NCBI GenBank assembly: GCA_030834695.1 | Contig: JAUQXK010000140.1 | Span: forward strand, 23,170 to 87,169 | Direction of reading: 5' to 3' | DNA length: 64,000 nt | From: Desulfobacterales bacterium | Lineage (GTDB): Bacteria > Desulfobacterota > Desulfobacteria > Desulfobacterales > SpSt-501 | Shown here: positions 25,705-37,958 of the stretch, one piece after another | How the letters are laid out: every line of letters starts with the position of its first letter | How positions within the stretch are numbered: position 1 is the stretch's first letter | The notes under the pieces: generated by a model | What the model was told of the DNA's origin: nothing | Database searches by the model: none | What the model saw: only the letters and a program-made list of their open reading frames with translations | Program-made: the position numbers and the translations under genes

Positions 25705-27234
25705 TCAGGACTCCGTCGAGGTGGCGCCCGCGCGGCGGCGGCGAAAGACGGCGGCCAGGGCGCGCCGGAACCATGCCATGCGGGAGAGGATGACCAGCAG
25801 CGTGATGCCGAGCAGGATCATCGAGATGGGCCGGGTGAAGAACGGGGTGATGTCGGCATCCGTGCGGATCAGCGCCCGGCGCAGATTGACGTCCACCATA
25901 TCCCCTAAAATGATCCCCAGAACCAACGGAGCCGCCGGGTAGTTGTACTGCCGCATGGCATAGCCGAGCAGGCCGAAGGCGAGCATGACCCACAGATCGA
26001 AAACGCGTACGTTGATGGCGTAGGAGCCGATCACGCACAGGGTGAAGACGATCGGCATGAGCAGGGGCCGCGGCACCATCAGGATCTTGATCTGGAGGCG
26101 CACGCCGAGCAGGCTGATCAGCAGCGAGGCGGATGCGGCCAGGATCAGCATGGCGGTGATCTCCCAGATGTAGTTGGGAAACTCCACCATGAGCAGCGGC
26201 CCGGGCCGGATGCCGTGCAGCCACATCGCCCCCAGCAGCACGGCGGCGGGCGCGCTGCCCGGCACCGCCAGCGAGAGCACCGGGACAATGGCCCCGCCGA
26301 TGCAGGCGTTGTCGCCGGTCTCGGCCGCCATCAGCCCCTCTTTCGAGCCCTTGCCGAACAGCTCGGGGTGCTTGCTGGCGCGCTTGGCGAAATCGTAGGA
26401 GATCCAGGAGGCCACGTCCTCGCCGACCCCCGGGATGATCCCGATGATGACGCCGATGACCCCTGAGCGCAGCATGTGGAACCAGTTCCGGCTGATGTCG
26501 ACCCACTTGGGCAGGATGCGGCCGACCTGCTTCGGTATCTTGATATGGGTCTTCTCGCGCATGACCGCGAAGACCTCGGCCAGGCCGTAGGCGCCGACCA
26601 GGACCGGGATCAGCGAAAAGCCGCCCCGCATCTGGTCGAACCCGAAGGTGAAGCGGGCATAGGCGGCGATCCCTTCCTGCCCGACCAGGGAGAGCAGCAG
26701 GCCCAGAAAGCCCGCGATCCAGCCCTTCAACGGATCGGTGGGGGCGGTCAGGTTTCCGCAGACCACGACCCCGAAGATGCCCAGCCAGAAAAACTCCCAG
26801 GACTGGAACTTCAATGCGAGTTGGCCCAGAATCGGGGTCAGGAAGGCCAGGCACATGATGCCGAACACGGTCCCGATGTAGGAAGAAGTGGCCGAAAGGC
26901 CGATGGCCGGGCCCGCCTCGCCGCGCTGCGCCAGGGGAAACCCGTCCAGCGCGGCGGCGGCGTTGGCCGGCGTGCCCGGGATGTTCAGCAGAATCGAGGA
27001 GCGACTGCCGCCGGTGATGGCGCCCACGTACACGCACAGGAGAATGATGATGGCGTACTTCGGGTCCATGCCGAACGTAAGGCCGGTGAGCAGCGCGATG
27101 CCCATGGTGGCCGTCAGGCCGGGCAGCATGCCGACCACGGTGCCCACGAAGGTCGCCCAGAGCACGTGGAACAGCACCATGGGGCTCAGCAGGTTCCAGA
27201 TCTCGACCAGGATGTTGTAGGGACCTTGCAGCAT
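25705..27234 (-). CDS. tctA: Tripartite tricarboxylate transporter, large permease TctA
   Basis: 509-aa polytopic membrane protein with TctA-type conserved segments (GTVVGMLPGLTATMGIALL, PGTPANAAAALDG, IPGVGEDVASW). Confidence 0.88.
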   Translation of the reverse strand: MLQGPYNILVEIWNLLSPMVLFHVLWATFVGTVVGMLPGLTATMGIALLTGLTFGMDPKYAIIILLCVYVGAITGGSRSSILLNIPGTPANAAAALDGFPLAQRGEAGPAIGLSATSSYIGTVFGIMCLAFLTPILGQLALKFQSWEFFWLGIFGVVVCGNLTAPTDPLKGWIAGFLGLLLSLVGQEGIAAYARFTFGFDQMRGGFSLIPVLVGAYGLAEVFAVMREKTHIKIPKQVGRILPKWVDISRNWFHMLRSGVIGVIIGIIPGVGEDVASWISYDFAKRASKHPELFGKGSKEGLMAAETGDNACIGGAIVPVLSLAVPGSAPAAVLLGAMWLHGIRPGPLLMVEFPNYIWEITAMLILAASASLLISLLGVRLQIKILMVPRPLLMPIVFTLCVIGSYAINVRVFDLWVMLAFGLLGYAMRQYNYPAAPLVLGIILGDMVDVNLRRALIRTDADITPFFTRPISMILLGITLLVILSRMAWFRRALAAVFRRRRAGATSTES

Positions 27235-27241
27235 ACCGGCC

Positions 27242-27739
27242 TCAGGGCAGCGGGACCAGGAAAATCTTGTTGAAGACGACCGCCAAGCCGGTCGTGGCCA
27301 ACCCGCTGACCAGAGCGATCACCCACCAGGAGGCCGCCCGGAACATGGCCATGGTGACGAAGAGATAGGCCCCGGTCGTGATGTAATAGGGAATCCCGCG
27401 CCCCAGCGAAAGAAGATAGGCCACGCACAGCAGCAAAACCAGCCCCAGTCGCTTCGTCTGGGGGTTGGCCAGATAGTTCCGGAGGTCCACTCGGGAGACG
27501 GGAATGCGGGCCCCCGGCCTCCGGCAGGCCCGCACCAGGAGCGTCACGGCCATCCCCAGGAGCCCGAGGCCGAGCAGACCCGTCACGAGACCGGGTCCGG
27601 CATAGGCCGGGAAACCTAGGAACTCACGTGGCATGCGCCAGCTCTCGACGATGACGAACAGGGCGACCACGATCAGGATGACGCCGGCATAAATGTCCTG
27701 CTTGCGGAAGGGGTAATCCACTTGGGGTTCACGGTTCAT
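27242..27739 (-). CDS. tctB: Tripartite tricarboxylate transporter small membrane protein TctB
   Basis: 165-aa four-TM protein located between tctC and tctA. Its start codon and first codons (MNREPQ) lie inside the GGTTCA heptamer repeat region. Confidence 0.75.
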   Translation of the reverse strand: MNREPQVDYPFRKQDIYAGVILIVVALFVIVESWRMPREFLGFPAYAGPGLVTGLLGLGLLGMAVTLLVRACRRPGARIPVSRVDLRNYLANPQTKRLGLVLLLCVAYLLSLGRGIPYYITTGAYLFVTMAMFRAASWWVIALVSGLATTGLAVVFNKIFLVPLP

Positions 27740-27842
27740 GGTTGAAGCATCTTGATGGGTTCACGGTTCACGGTGACCGGTTCACGGTTCCAGGCTCAAG
27801 ACCGGGAAACCGTTGAACCGCTGAACCGTGAACCGCTGAACC
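27724..27842. repeat. GGTTCAN heptamer tandem repeats forming a long imperfect hairpin (family C)
   Basis: GGTTCACGGTTCA(T)GG...GGGTTCACGGTTCACGGTGACCGGTTCACGGTT faces AACCGTTGAACCGCTGAACCGTGAACCGCTGAACC. The same heptamer arrays occur at 52951..53030 and 54068..54108. Confidence 0.85.
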
Positions 27843-27851
27843 ATTACCATT

Positions 27852-28877
27852 TTATTGCTTGGGCTTGGGGATGTTGAACTGGGCCGGTGAAATTTTGGCC
27901 GACCCGGTGTCGAAGAGCGTCCACGTGACGATGGAGGCGACTTCCTCCATTTTCTTGTCGGCCTCGGCCCCTTTCAGGTTGACCAGGAATACCGCTTTTT
28001 GGTCGGCGAACTTGGCCAACGCCTCGGACTTGGCCGCGGCGTCGAATGCCTTGTTGACCGCGGCGACCACCTCGGGCGGCGCGCCCTTGGCGATCATCAG
28101 ACCGAAATGGGAGCCGATGGAGGGGAAGTTCGGGTAGTATTTGGTGATCGGCGGGACTTCGCCGAAGCCGGAGATGTTCAGCGGCCGGTCGCTCATGTTG
28201 GCAAGGGGCTTGAGCTTGCCGGCGCGGATCATGTCGGCCTGCTCCATGGAAAGCTGCATGACCACGTTGGACTCCCCGGAGATGGTGGCAACCACCGCGG
28301 GGTTGCCGCCGGCATACGGAACGTGCTTGGCCTTCACTCCCAGGGTGGTGTTGAAGACTTCGAGCGCGGTGTGGCCCGAAGAGCCGACGCCGGCCGAGGC
28401 CACCGCCACCTGTCCCGGTTTTTCCTTCATCATCCGCACCAAGTCCGGCAGGTCCTTGGCCGGGTAGTCGGCCGTCACGGCGATGATGTTGGGGGTCATC
28501 AGGGCGTACCACTGGTTCCAATCCCGATGGGTCACCTTCATGAGGTCCAGCACCGGGTAGTTGACCACCGAGACGTCGGCATTGCCCGTCCAGGTGTAGC
28601 CGTCCTTGGGGGCGTCATAGGCGTTCTGCATGCCGATCGCCCCCGAAGCCCCCGCCGTGTTGACCACCGATATCCGCTGGCCCAAAACCTTTTCCATCTC
28701 GCTGGCCAGAATGCGCACGGTGAGGTCCGTGGCACCGCCCGCCGGCCACGGCACGATGGCCGTGATGGTCTTGGTCGGCTTCCATTCCTGCGCCGCCACC
28801 GGCCCCACCCAAACGAACACCCAAAAAAAGGCCAGCACCAACCACGCAGCACTTCCGAATGTTTTCGCTCGCTTCAT
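27852..28877 (-). CDS. tctC: Tripartite tricarboxylate transporter substrate-binding protein TctC (Bug family)
   Basis: 341 aa with a signal peptide. Bug/TctC signature PWPAGGATDLTVRILA..., and the gene is adjacent to tctB and tctA. Confidence 0.88.
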   Translation of the reverse strand: MKRAKTFGSAAWLVLAFFWVFVWVGPVAAQEWKPTKTITAIVPWPAGGATDLTVRILASEMEKVLGQRISVVNTAGASGAIGMQNAYDAPKDGYTWTGNADVSVVNYPVLDLMKVTHRDWNQWYALMTPNIIAVTADYPAKDLPDLVRMMKEKPGQVAVASAGVGSSGHTALEVFNTTLGVKAKHVPYAGGNPAVVATISGESNVVMQLSMEQADMIRAGKLKPLANMSDRPLNISGFGEVPPITKYYPNFPSIGSHFGLMIAKGAPPEVVAAVNKAFDAAAKSEALAKFADQKAVFLVNLKGAEADKKMEEVASIVTWTLFDTGSAKISPAQFNIPKPKQ

Positions 28878-28970
28878 TGGACGTCCTCCTTTTTGAGGTC
28901 ATACCCGCACAACTCCGGTTTCCTATAGATACCGGAAGCCGCTTCTTGAAGTCAAAGCTAATTTCGCAAC

Positions 28971-29065
28971 TTATTACCCCGGCAACAAGATCGGTTCAAT
29001 GCGGCCATAGCATTCATCGCCGCACCTCGGCTTACGTTGCGCCTTTTCACATACCGGAGCAATAA
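28971..29065 (+). repeat. Family B MITE-like repeat copy
   Basis: TTATTACCCCGGCAAcaagatcGGTTCAATGCGGCCATAGCATTCATCGCCG...ataCCGGAGCAATAA. The ends are inverted repeats of each other. Confidence 0.75.
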
Positions 29066-29093
29066 ATTCGCGTCGGCGCCCATCGACGGGAAT

Positions 29094-29363
29094 TTAATTT
29101 TTGCACCGGAAAGGCAAAAAATGATGGAAGCAATAGCTCGCCGTGTCGCCGTATGGTTTTCCGGTCGCGGCGATGCACTCGGCGACCGTCTGCTTGGACT
29201 GGTCTGGATAATCCGGTCGCGTTTCCTCGGTTTGCTTGCAGGCGACACAGATGGGCTGGTGGTCGAACACCGAAAGGATCCGCGGCTCCTCTCGCTCCAG
29301 GGATTTCCTGCAACGCTGGCAGCGGCTGGCACAGGACAGTTGTTTTTCCCAATGCGTTTCCAT
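29094..29363 (-). CDS. Small Cys-rich (zinc-ribbon-like) hypothetical protein
   Basis: ATG is preceded by GGGAGG. The 89-aa product has CxxxCxxC and CxxC pairs (CASRCQRC...CVAC). Confidence 0.5.
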   Translation of the reverse strand: METHWEKQLSCASRCQRCRKSLEREEPRILSVFDHQPICVACKQTEETRPDYPDQSKQTVAECIAATGKPYGDTASYCFHHFLPFRCKN

Positions 29364-29682
29364 TCAGACCTCCCGTTTCACCGATTCGGGCATCGGCTGG
29401 TTTTATGGTGACGATTATCACGCTGCTCCGGTTTTTCAAGGGTGGGCGTCTCGGCTGCGTTTCATAGAATTTTACTCTTGAATGGCCTCATTCCGTTTAC
29501 TTGCCGGAGTATTTAAGGTTTGACTTGCCAAGGCAGATTGAGTATGAGTGGAATCGACGTGGCGCCCCGTCCATCGTGATGTCTTTTCCCGATCTACTCT
29601 TCTCTCAGCTGAGATCGCTGGTTCATGTGCTCCCTTCCATTTCATACGGCCGGCGCCGATTCATCCGCGCCAGGAGGTCAGC

Positions 29683-32424
<2,742 letters not shown>

Positions 32425-32435
32425 GGAGCAAAATG

Positions 32436-32528
32436 CGATTCCTCCGGCAAACGTTGGCAACTTCAGCCGTGGCCCGGCGATGAGGGATATGGCCGCAATT
32501 GGATATCGTTCATTGTCGGAGCAACAAA
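32436..32528 (-). repeat. Family B MITE-like repeat, inverted copy
   Basis: The reverse complement reads ..TTGTTGCTCCGACAATgaacgatatCCAATTGCGGCCATATCCCTCATCGCCGG... It lies 12 nt after the ppdK stop. Confidence 0.7.
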
Positions 32529-32867
32529 GGTGAGATTCTATGCAGCCGGCCTTGTGTCGCGAGACATTTATGATTCAATTTCAACCTGGAACAGACCGCC
32601 GCCCGCCAGTTCTTGCAGCGACAGGCATGGGTCATCCTCGCGTCGATGCGGCGAACCGGTCCGGCCGGCCTGTCTCATATTGGAAGGGCCATTAAGCGGG
32701 CTGCGACGATTGGATCGATCCGTAACATTCCGGGATCAATAACTTTTTAAGATCGGAGCCGGACGTTCGCGGTCTGGCACGAGTTTTGATTACCTTATCG
32801 CCTTCCCTGTTCAGAAAGCTGGTTTTCATCTTCATCACCCCATGACATCACCAAAAGGAGAAACGAC

Positions 32868-33365
32868 ATGAGCAAGACCGAAAAGAACCTGAAAGACGCT
32901 TTCGCCGGTGAATCCCAGGCCAACCGCAAGTATCTCGCCTTTGCCCAGAAGGCCAAGGCCGAAGGTTATCCCCAGGTTGCCAAGCTGTTCCGCGCGGCGG
33001 CCGAGGCCGAGACCGTGCATGCCCACACCCATCTGCGCACCCTGAAAGGGGTCAAGAGCACCCTGGAGAATCTCAAGGAAGCACTGGGCGGTGAGACCTA
33101 TGAGTTTCAGACCATGTACCCGCCCATGATCGCGGACGCCAAGGCCGAGGGCGACGAGGCCGCCGTGCGCACCTTCACCTATGCCAATGAAGTCGAAAAA
33201 GTGCATGCCGCGCTGTACCAGAAGGCGATCGACAGTCTGAGCAATCCCCAGGTGGACGTGGACTATTATGTCTGCTCGGTTTGCGGCTATACCTGCGAGA
33301 TGGAAGCCCCGGACGAATGCCCGGTCTGCAAGGCCAAGAAAAAGGCCTTTTCCAAAATCAGTTGA
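32868..33365 (+). CDS. rbr: Rubrerythrin
   Basis: 165 aa. Diiron ferritin-like domain (NLKDAFAGESQANRKYLAFA, EAETVHAH, E..E..H) plus a C-terminal rubredoxin-type CSVCGY...CPVC. Confidence 0.95.
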   Translation: MSKTEKNLKDAFAGESQANRKYLAFAQKAKAEGYPQVAKLFRAAAEAETVHAHTHLRTLKGVKSTLENLKEALGGETYEFQTMYPPMIADAKAEGDEAAVRTFTYANEVEKVHAALYQKAIDSLSNPQVDVDYYVCSVCGYTCEMEAPDECPVCKAKKKAFSKIS

Positions 33366-33419
33366 GCGTTCCCGATAGACGCTCCGCCGCGAGCAGGGCG
33401 TTTATGAGAGGAAAATGAA

Positions 33420-33629
33420 ATGAAGTGCCCCGTGTGCGGCTGTCAGAATTTTTTTGTCAGGGACCCGGCAGACGAATTTGAAACGTTCGAGTTCAGCGTG
33501 GCCTCGGGCGATGTTCGCTTCCGGGCGGATGCCGAGAAAGCGGCGGCACCTGAGGTTCAGGAAACGACCGAGACCTTCTGCAACAAGTGCGCCTGGCATG
33601 GAAAATTTCAGGAGTTGAAAAAGCCTTGA
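33420..33629 (+). CDS. Small zinc-ribbon-like hypothetical protein
   Basis: 69 aa with N-terminal CPVCGC and C-terminal CNKC pairs. It is followed by a strong terminator. Confidence 0.5.
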   Translation: MKCPVCGCQNFFVRDPADEFETFEFSVASGDVRFRADAEKAAAPEVQETTETFCNKCAWHGKFQELKKP

Positions 33630-33658
33630 CTTTTTTCTGGCACTGATTGTTTTGCATT

Positions 33659-33697
33659 AAAAATTGCCGGCGCCGCCAGCGCCGGCAATTTTTTTTT
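33659..33697 (+). terminator. Strong rho-independent (bidirectional-looking) terminator
   Basis: A5, then an 11-bp GC-rich stem ATTGCCGGCGC/GCGCCGGCAAT with a 5-nt loop, then T9. Confidence 0.85.
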
Positions 33698-33783
33698 GCA
33701 CATTTTTGTGTTGACACCGCAATCGAAAAGGCGCTAAAGGTTAAACATATATACATCTATATCAATCTTCCCCCTCCTCTCGG

Positions 33784-34545
33784 GTGATCGGGATGAGCCA
33801 GATTCGACATTCGGCCAAGCTGCGGCACGGCGTTCCGGTCCCCATCTACTACCAACTCCAGGAACTCATTCTCAAAGACATCGAAAACGGCAACCTGCTG
33901 CCCGGCGCCATGATTCCTACCGAACAGCAGCTGGTGAAATCCTATGGCGTCAGCATCGGCACGGTCAAAAAGGCTATTCTGAACCTCGTCAATCAAGGCT
34001 ATCTTTACCGGATCCAGGGCAAAGGTACTTTCGTCACCGGAACGACGCTGCGCAGGGAAAGCCTGCGGTACTACCGGCTGCTTGACGATTTCGACGGACA
34101 GGAAAGCAACCTGGCGGTGAAACCCATCGGCATAAGGAAGGTGCCCGGTTTTGTTCCGGCCAATCGCTTTCTGCAAATCCGGTCAGACCAGCCCTTGTTC
34201 GAACTGAAACGAATCTTTCTCATGGATGGTACCCCTGCGGTCTTTTCCATCAGCTATCTGCCGCAGAACCTTTTCAAGAAATTATCGGATTATCCGTCCA
34301 TCGAATTCGAAAAAAAACCCTTGTACGCCACCATTGAAGAAAAATACGGCATTCCGACCATCAACAATCTAGAGCTGATCCGCGCGTGTTTTCCAGACAC
34401 GGAAGCGGCCGGCGTCCTGGGTATCCCGATGAGCCTTCCGGTGCTTTATCTGGAAATGTTGGCGTTTACCTATCGCCGCCGGCCGTATGAGTATCGTCGC
34501 GCCTACTGCATCACCAGCGCGAAGAAAATCTTCCGAGAGTACTGA
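33784..34545 (+). CDS. GntR-family transcriptional regulator (HutC subfamily, UTRA effector domain)
   Basis: N-terminal winged helix (PIYYQLQELILKDIENGNLLPGAMIPTEQQLVKSYGVSIGTVKKAILNLVNQGYLYRIQGKGTFV) and a roughly 150-aa C-terminal UTRA-like domain. Confidence 0.88.
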   Translation: MIGMSQIRHSAKLRHGVPVPIYYQLQELILKDIENGNLLPGAMIPTEQQLVKSYGVSIGTVKKAILNLVNQGYLYRIQGKGTFVTGTTLRRESLRYYRLLDDFDGQESNLAVKPIGIRKVPGFVPANRFLQIRSDQPLFELKRIFLMDGTPAVFSISYLPQNLFKKLSDYPSIEFEKKPLYATIEEKYGIPTINNLELIRACFPDTEAAGVLGIPMSLPVLYLEMLAFTYRRRPYEYRRAYCITSAKKIFREY

Positions 34546-34598
34546 TTCCCCGCCGGTCGAATCTGGCAAGCGGGGTTTCCAACTGAGGGAGGTGCGTT

Positions 34599-35966
34599 AT
34601 GGCGAAAAGCCCGGTGAGCAACGCGTTGGACATTGAAACGATCGTCAAATTCGAGAACGATCACGTTCTTTATCCATGGACCCACCAGAAGGGGCTCCGG
34701 CCGTTCGTGGCCGAACGGGGCAAAGGCAATTACATATACGGTGCGGACGGCAGGCAGTATCTCGATTTTTCCGCACAGTTCGTCTTCAGCAACCTGGGCC
34801 ATGCGGATGATCGGGTCGTGAAGGCGATCTCTGACCAAGCCGCAAAGCTGCCAGCCGTTAATTCCCAATGGGCCACGGAGCCCAAGGCGCGTCTGGGAAA
34901 ACTCATGTCGGAAATCACTCCGGGGGATTTGACCAAGTGCTTCTTCTCCACCGGTGGCACGGAAGCGAATGAAGGCGCCATGAAAATCGCCCGGCTCGTT
35001 ACCGGCAAGCACAAGATCATCGCTCGGTACCGTGCCTACCACGGCTCCACCTACGGTTCCATGTCGATGTCGGCCGATTTTCGCAACTGGGCCTACGAGC
35101 CGGCCGTTCCGGGAGTCCTGCATTGTTTAGAACCCTACTGTTACCGGTGTCCCTTCGGAGCCAATTATCCCGGCTGCGATCTGCGCTGCGCCCGGCACGT
35201 GGAGGACATCATCCAACGCGAGGGCGGTGCGCGGCGGGTCGCCGCCTTCATCGCCGAGCCGATTATGGGGCCCGGCGGCATCATTGTGCCCCCGGACGGG
35301 TATTGGCAACAGGTGCGCGAGATCTGTACCAAATACGAAATGATTTTGATTGCCGATGAAGTCATGACGGGATTCGGACGCACCGGAAAATGGTTCGGGG
35401 TTGAAAACTGGGACGTGGTCCCCGACGTATTGACGACGGCCAAGGGCATCACCAGCGGGTATGTGCCGCTGGGCGCTACGTGCGTGCGCGGATGGGTGGC
35501 GGACAAATTCGAGGAACTACCCTATCTTCACGGCCACACGTATTCAGGGCATACGTTGGCCATGGCGGCTGCCGTGGCCGCTATTGAGGCCTACCGCGAA
35601 GACGACCTGATCAATCGTTCCGCCCGGATGGGCGACTACCTCATGGGCAAAATGCGCGAACTTCAGGACAAGCACCCCTCCGTCGGCGATGTCCGCGGCA
35701 AGGGGCTCTTCTGCGGGATGGAACTGGTCAAGAGCCGCAAGACCCGCGAGCCGAGCCACGAGGCATTGATGGAGCCGCCGCGAGCGGCGACCAGCAAGAT
35801 GAAAATTCTATCCAGGATGATGCAGGAGGGGGTTTACATTCTGGCGGGCGCCGCGAGCGTTCTCATGCTGACCCCTCCGCTGGCGATCACCAAAGACGAG
35901 ATCGACCACGCCATATCCGTGATCGACAACGCCCTCGAGATCTCGGATGCCGAATACCAGCACTAA
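34599..35966 (+). CDS. Class-III (omega) aminotransferase, taurine/beta-alanine-pyruvate transaminase-like
   Basis: 455 aa. Contains STGGTEANEGAMKIAR, IADEVMTGFGRTG and the PLP-lysine context LTTAKGITSGYVPLG. Confidence 0.88.
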   Translation: MAKSPVSNALDIETIVKFENDHVLYPWTHQKGLRPFVAERGKGNYIYGADGRQYLDFSAQFVFSNLGHADDRVVKAISDQAAKLPAVNSQWATEPKARLGKLMSEITPGDLTKCFFSTGGTEANEGAMKIARLVTGKHKIIARYRAYHGSTYGSMSMSADFRNWAYEPAVPGVLHCLEPYCYRCPFGANYPGCDLRCARHVEDIIQREGGARRVAAFIAEPIMGPGGIIVPPDGYWQQVREICTKYEMILIADEVMTGFGRTGKWFGVENWDVVPDVLTTAKGITSGYVPLGATCVRGWVADKFEELPYLHGHTYSGHTLAMAAAVAAIEAYREDDLINRSARMGDYLMGKMRELQDKHPSVGDVRGKGLFCGMELVKSRKTREPSHEALMEPPRAATSKMKILSRMMQEGVYILAGAASVLMLTPPLAITKDEIDHAISVIDNALEISDAEYQH

Positions 35967-35984
35967 CTTCGAAAGGACAGAAGT

Positions 35985-36740
35985 GTGACGGGGCCCCCAG
36001 CAAGAGAAGTGAAGGTCGAAGTGGTCGGGTTGACGAAAAAATTCGGAGATCTTCTGGTCCTCAATGACGTCAACTTCAGCGTGGCCAAAGGCGAGTTCCT
36101 TGCGATTGTCGGCCCCACCGGCTGCGGCAAGACCACTTTTTTGAACCTGCTTTCGAAGCTCATTCCGGCATCCGAAGGGCAGATTTTGATCGATGGCAGC
36201 GAGGCGGACCCTAAAACGCACAACCTGGCGTTCGTCTTCCAGGAGCCCTCCTCGCTTCCTTGGCTGACGGTCAGTCAAAATGTGGAGTTCGGCATGCTGA
36301 TCAAGGGCGTCCCGCCCGGCGAACGGGAACGCCGCCTGCGCAGCATCCTCGATATCGTGGGGCTGGCGGACTGCGCCAATCTATTCCCGAACCAAATATC
36401 GGCCAGCATGGAGCAGCGCGTGGCTGTTTCGCGGGCGTTCGCCACCAACCCGGACCTGCTGCTCATGGATGAACCCTACGGCCAGCTGGATGTCAAATTG
36501 CGTTTCTACCTGGAGGATGAGTTGCTCAAGCTGTGGCGGGAGCTCGGAGCGACGGTCATTTTCGTCACCCACAACATCGAGGAAGCCATTTACGTCGCGG
36601 AGCGTATCCTCGTCCTCACGAATAAACCCACGAGCGTCAAGGCAGAGATCCATGTGGACCTGCCCCGGCCGCGAAGTTTCATCGACGAAGCCTTCATCGA
36701 CATTCGAAGGCAGGTCACGGATCTCATTCGGTGGTGGTGA
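35985..36740 (+). CDS. ABC transporter ATP-binding protein (NitT/TauT family)
   Basis: Walker A GPTGCGKTT, a signature-like ISASMEQRVAVSRAF, and Walker B LLLMDEPYGQLD. Confidence 0.9.
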   Translation: MTGPPAREVKVEVVGLTKKFGDLLVLNDVNFSVAKGEFLAIVGPTGCGKTTFLNLLSKLIPASEGQILIDGSEADPKTHNLAFVFQEPSSLPWLTVSQNVEFGMLIKGVPPGERERRLRSILDIVGLADCANLFPNQISASMEQRVAVSRAFATNPDLLLMDEPYGQLDVKLRFYLEDELLKLWRELGATVIFVTHNIEEAIYVAERILVLTNKPTSVKAEIHVDLPRPRSFIDEAFIDIRRQVTDLIRWW

Positions 36741-36832
36741 TCGGCGAAGCTTGTTTCTCAAAAACGCGGGGTCCGGAGACGAGCTGGCTGACATGCGAGG
36801 TGACCCCGGAAACCGAAAAAGGGAGGTGGATC

Positions 36833-37894
36833 ATGAATCACAGGTTAAAGAAATTGGTCATCGCTCTCGCCGCATTGATGCTTCTGCTGCCCGGGACGCT
36901 GCCGGCTCAGGGCCCCATCAAGCTCAACGTAAGCCAGCAGCCGGAATTCGAGTCCTTCCTCACCTGGCAGGCGATCCAGGACGGCACCCAGAAGAAATAC
37001 AATCTGGACATGAAGCTGGTGTATTTCGACTCCGGCATGCCGCAGGTGGAGGCGCTGCCGGCCAAGCAGTGGGATGTGGGGGAAGTCGGTGCCGTGCCGA
37101 TGACCATGGCGGCCCTGCGATATCAGGCCTACATGATCGGCATGACCCACGACGATGGGTTCAACAACTTCGTGCTGGTGCGCCCCAACAGCGATATCCT
37201 CAAAGTCAAGGGGCACAACTCCAAGTACCCGAATATCTACGGCTCCCCTGAAACGGTCAAAGGCAAGACGGTTCTGACCACGACCGTTTCGTCGGGACAC
37301 TATGTCTTGAGCACCTGGTTGAAGCGTTTGGGCCTTTCCGACGCCGATGTGAAGATCCTGAACATGGAACAGGGGCAGGCGGTCGCCGCATTTGAATCGG
37401 GCCAGGGCGATATCGTCTCGCTGTGGGCACCCTTCACCATGACCGGGCTGAGCAAGGGGTGGAAGAAAGTGGCCAACGGCGAGGACTGCGAGGGCATCGT
37501 TCCGCTGGTGATCATCACGAGCAAGGAGTTTGGGGATAAGAACCCGCAGCAAGTGGCGACCTTCCTGAAGATGTACTTCGATCAGGTGACCCGGCAGAAG
37601 AAGGAAACCGTTCAGCAGGCCGCCCAGTACCAGAAGTTCCTCAAGGAATGGGCCGGGGTGGAGCTGAGCCAGGACATGTGCAAGATGGATATCGAGTTGC
37701 ATCCGATGTACGACCTCAAGAAAAACCTGGAGGTATTTGACGCTTCCAAAGGCAAGAGCCAGGCCCAGGTCTGGATGGAAAATCTCTCGCAGTTCTTCAC
37801 CGACAACAAACGCTTTACTCCGCAGGAGCGCGAAAAAGTCCTGAACACCCCGTTCATCACGGACAAGTTCCTCAAAATCGCAGCCGGCATGTAG
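36833..37894 (+). CDS. ABC transporter periplasmic substrate-binding protein (NMT1/SsuA/TauA-like)
   Basis: ATG at 36833 with GGGAGG upstream. Signal peptide MNHRLKKLVIALAALMLLLPGTLPAQG. The gene sits between the ATPase and permease genes of a NitT/TauT-type system. Confidence 0.8.
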   Translation: MNHRLKKLVIALAALMLLLPGTLPAQGPIKLNVSQQPEFESFLTWQAIQDGTQKKYNLDMKLVYFDSGMPQVEALPAKQWDVGEVGAVPMTMAALRYQAYMIGMTHDDGFNNFVLVRPNSDILKVKGHNSKYPNIYGSPETVKGKTVLTTTVSSGHYVLSTWLKRLGLSDADVKILNMEQGQAVAAFESGQGDIVSLWAPFTMTGLSKGWKKVANGEDCEGIVPLVIITSKEFGDKNPQQVATFLKMYFDQVTRQKKETVQQAAQYQKFLKEWAGVELSQDMCKMDIELHPMYDLKKNLEVFDASKGKSQAQVWMENLSQFFTDNKRFTPQEREKVLNTPFITDKFLKIAAGM

Positions 37895-37958
37895 CGGCGC
37901 TGCCGACCCCGGCGGCGGACGCGCACGCCCGCCGCCGGGGCCTTTCACAGGTGAATCC

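Noticed and set aside
25463-27037. 524-aa minus-strand ORF and 265-aa plus-strand ORF (26476..27273) over tctA
   Set aside because: These are out-of-frame or antisense to the TctA permease frame (25705..27234), which is the only one giving a coherent polytopic membrane protein.
27724-27842. Whether the short repeats (families A-C) could be a CRISPR array
   Set aside because: The heptamer arrays have no spacers. Copies of families A and B are dispersed kilobases apart rather than regularly spaced, and no cas genes are present.
32775-32790. Sigma-54-like promoter TGGCAC-N5-TTGA upstream of rubrerythrin
   Set aside because: The -12 element reads TTGA instead of TTGC, so it lacks the highly conserved GC dinucleotide. 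No enhancer-binding-protein gene lies nearby. The evidence is too weak to call.
33705-33783. Possible promoter (TTGACA at 33711) and an AT-rich palindromic GntR operator (catatatacatctatat) upstream of the GntR gene
   Set aside because: There is no convincing -10 hexamer at proper spacing, and the palindrome does not clearly match the HutC-type GT-N-TA-N-AC pattern. It is plausible but cannot be supported by eye.
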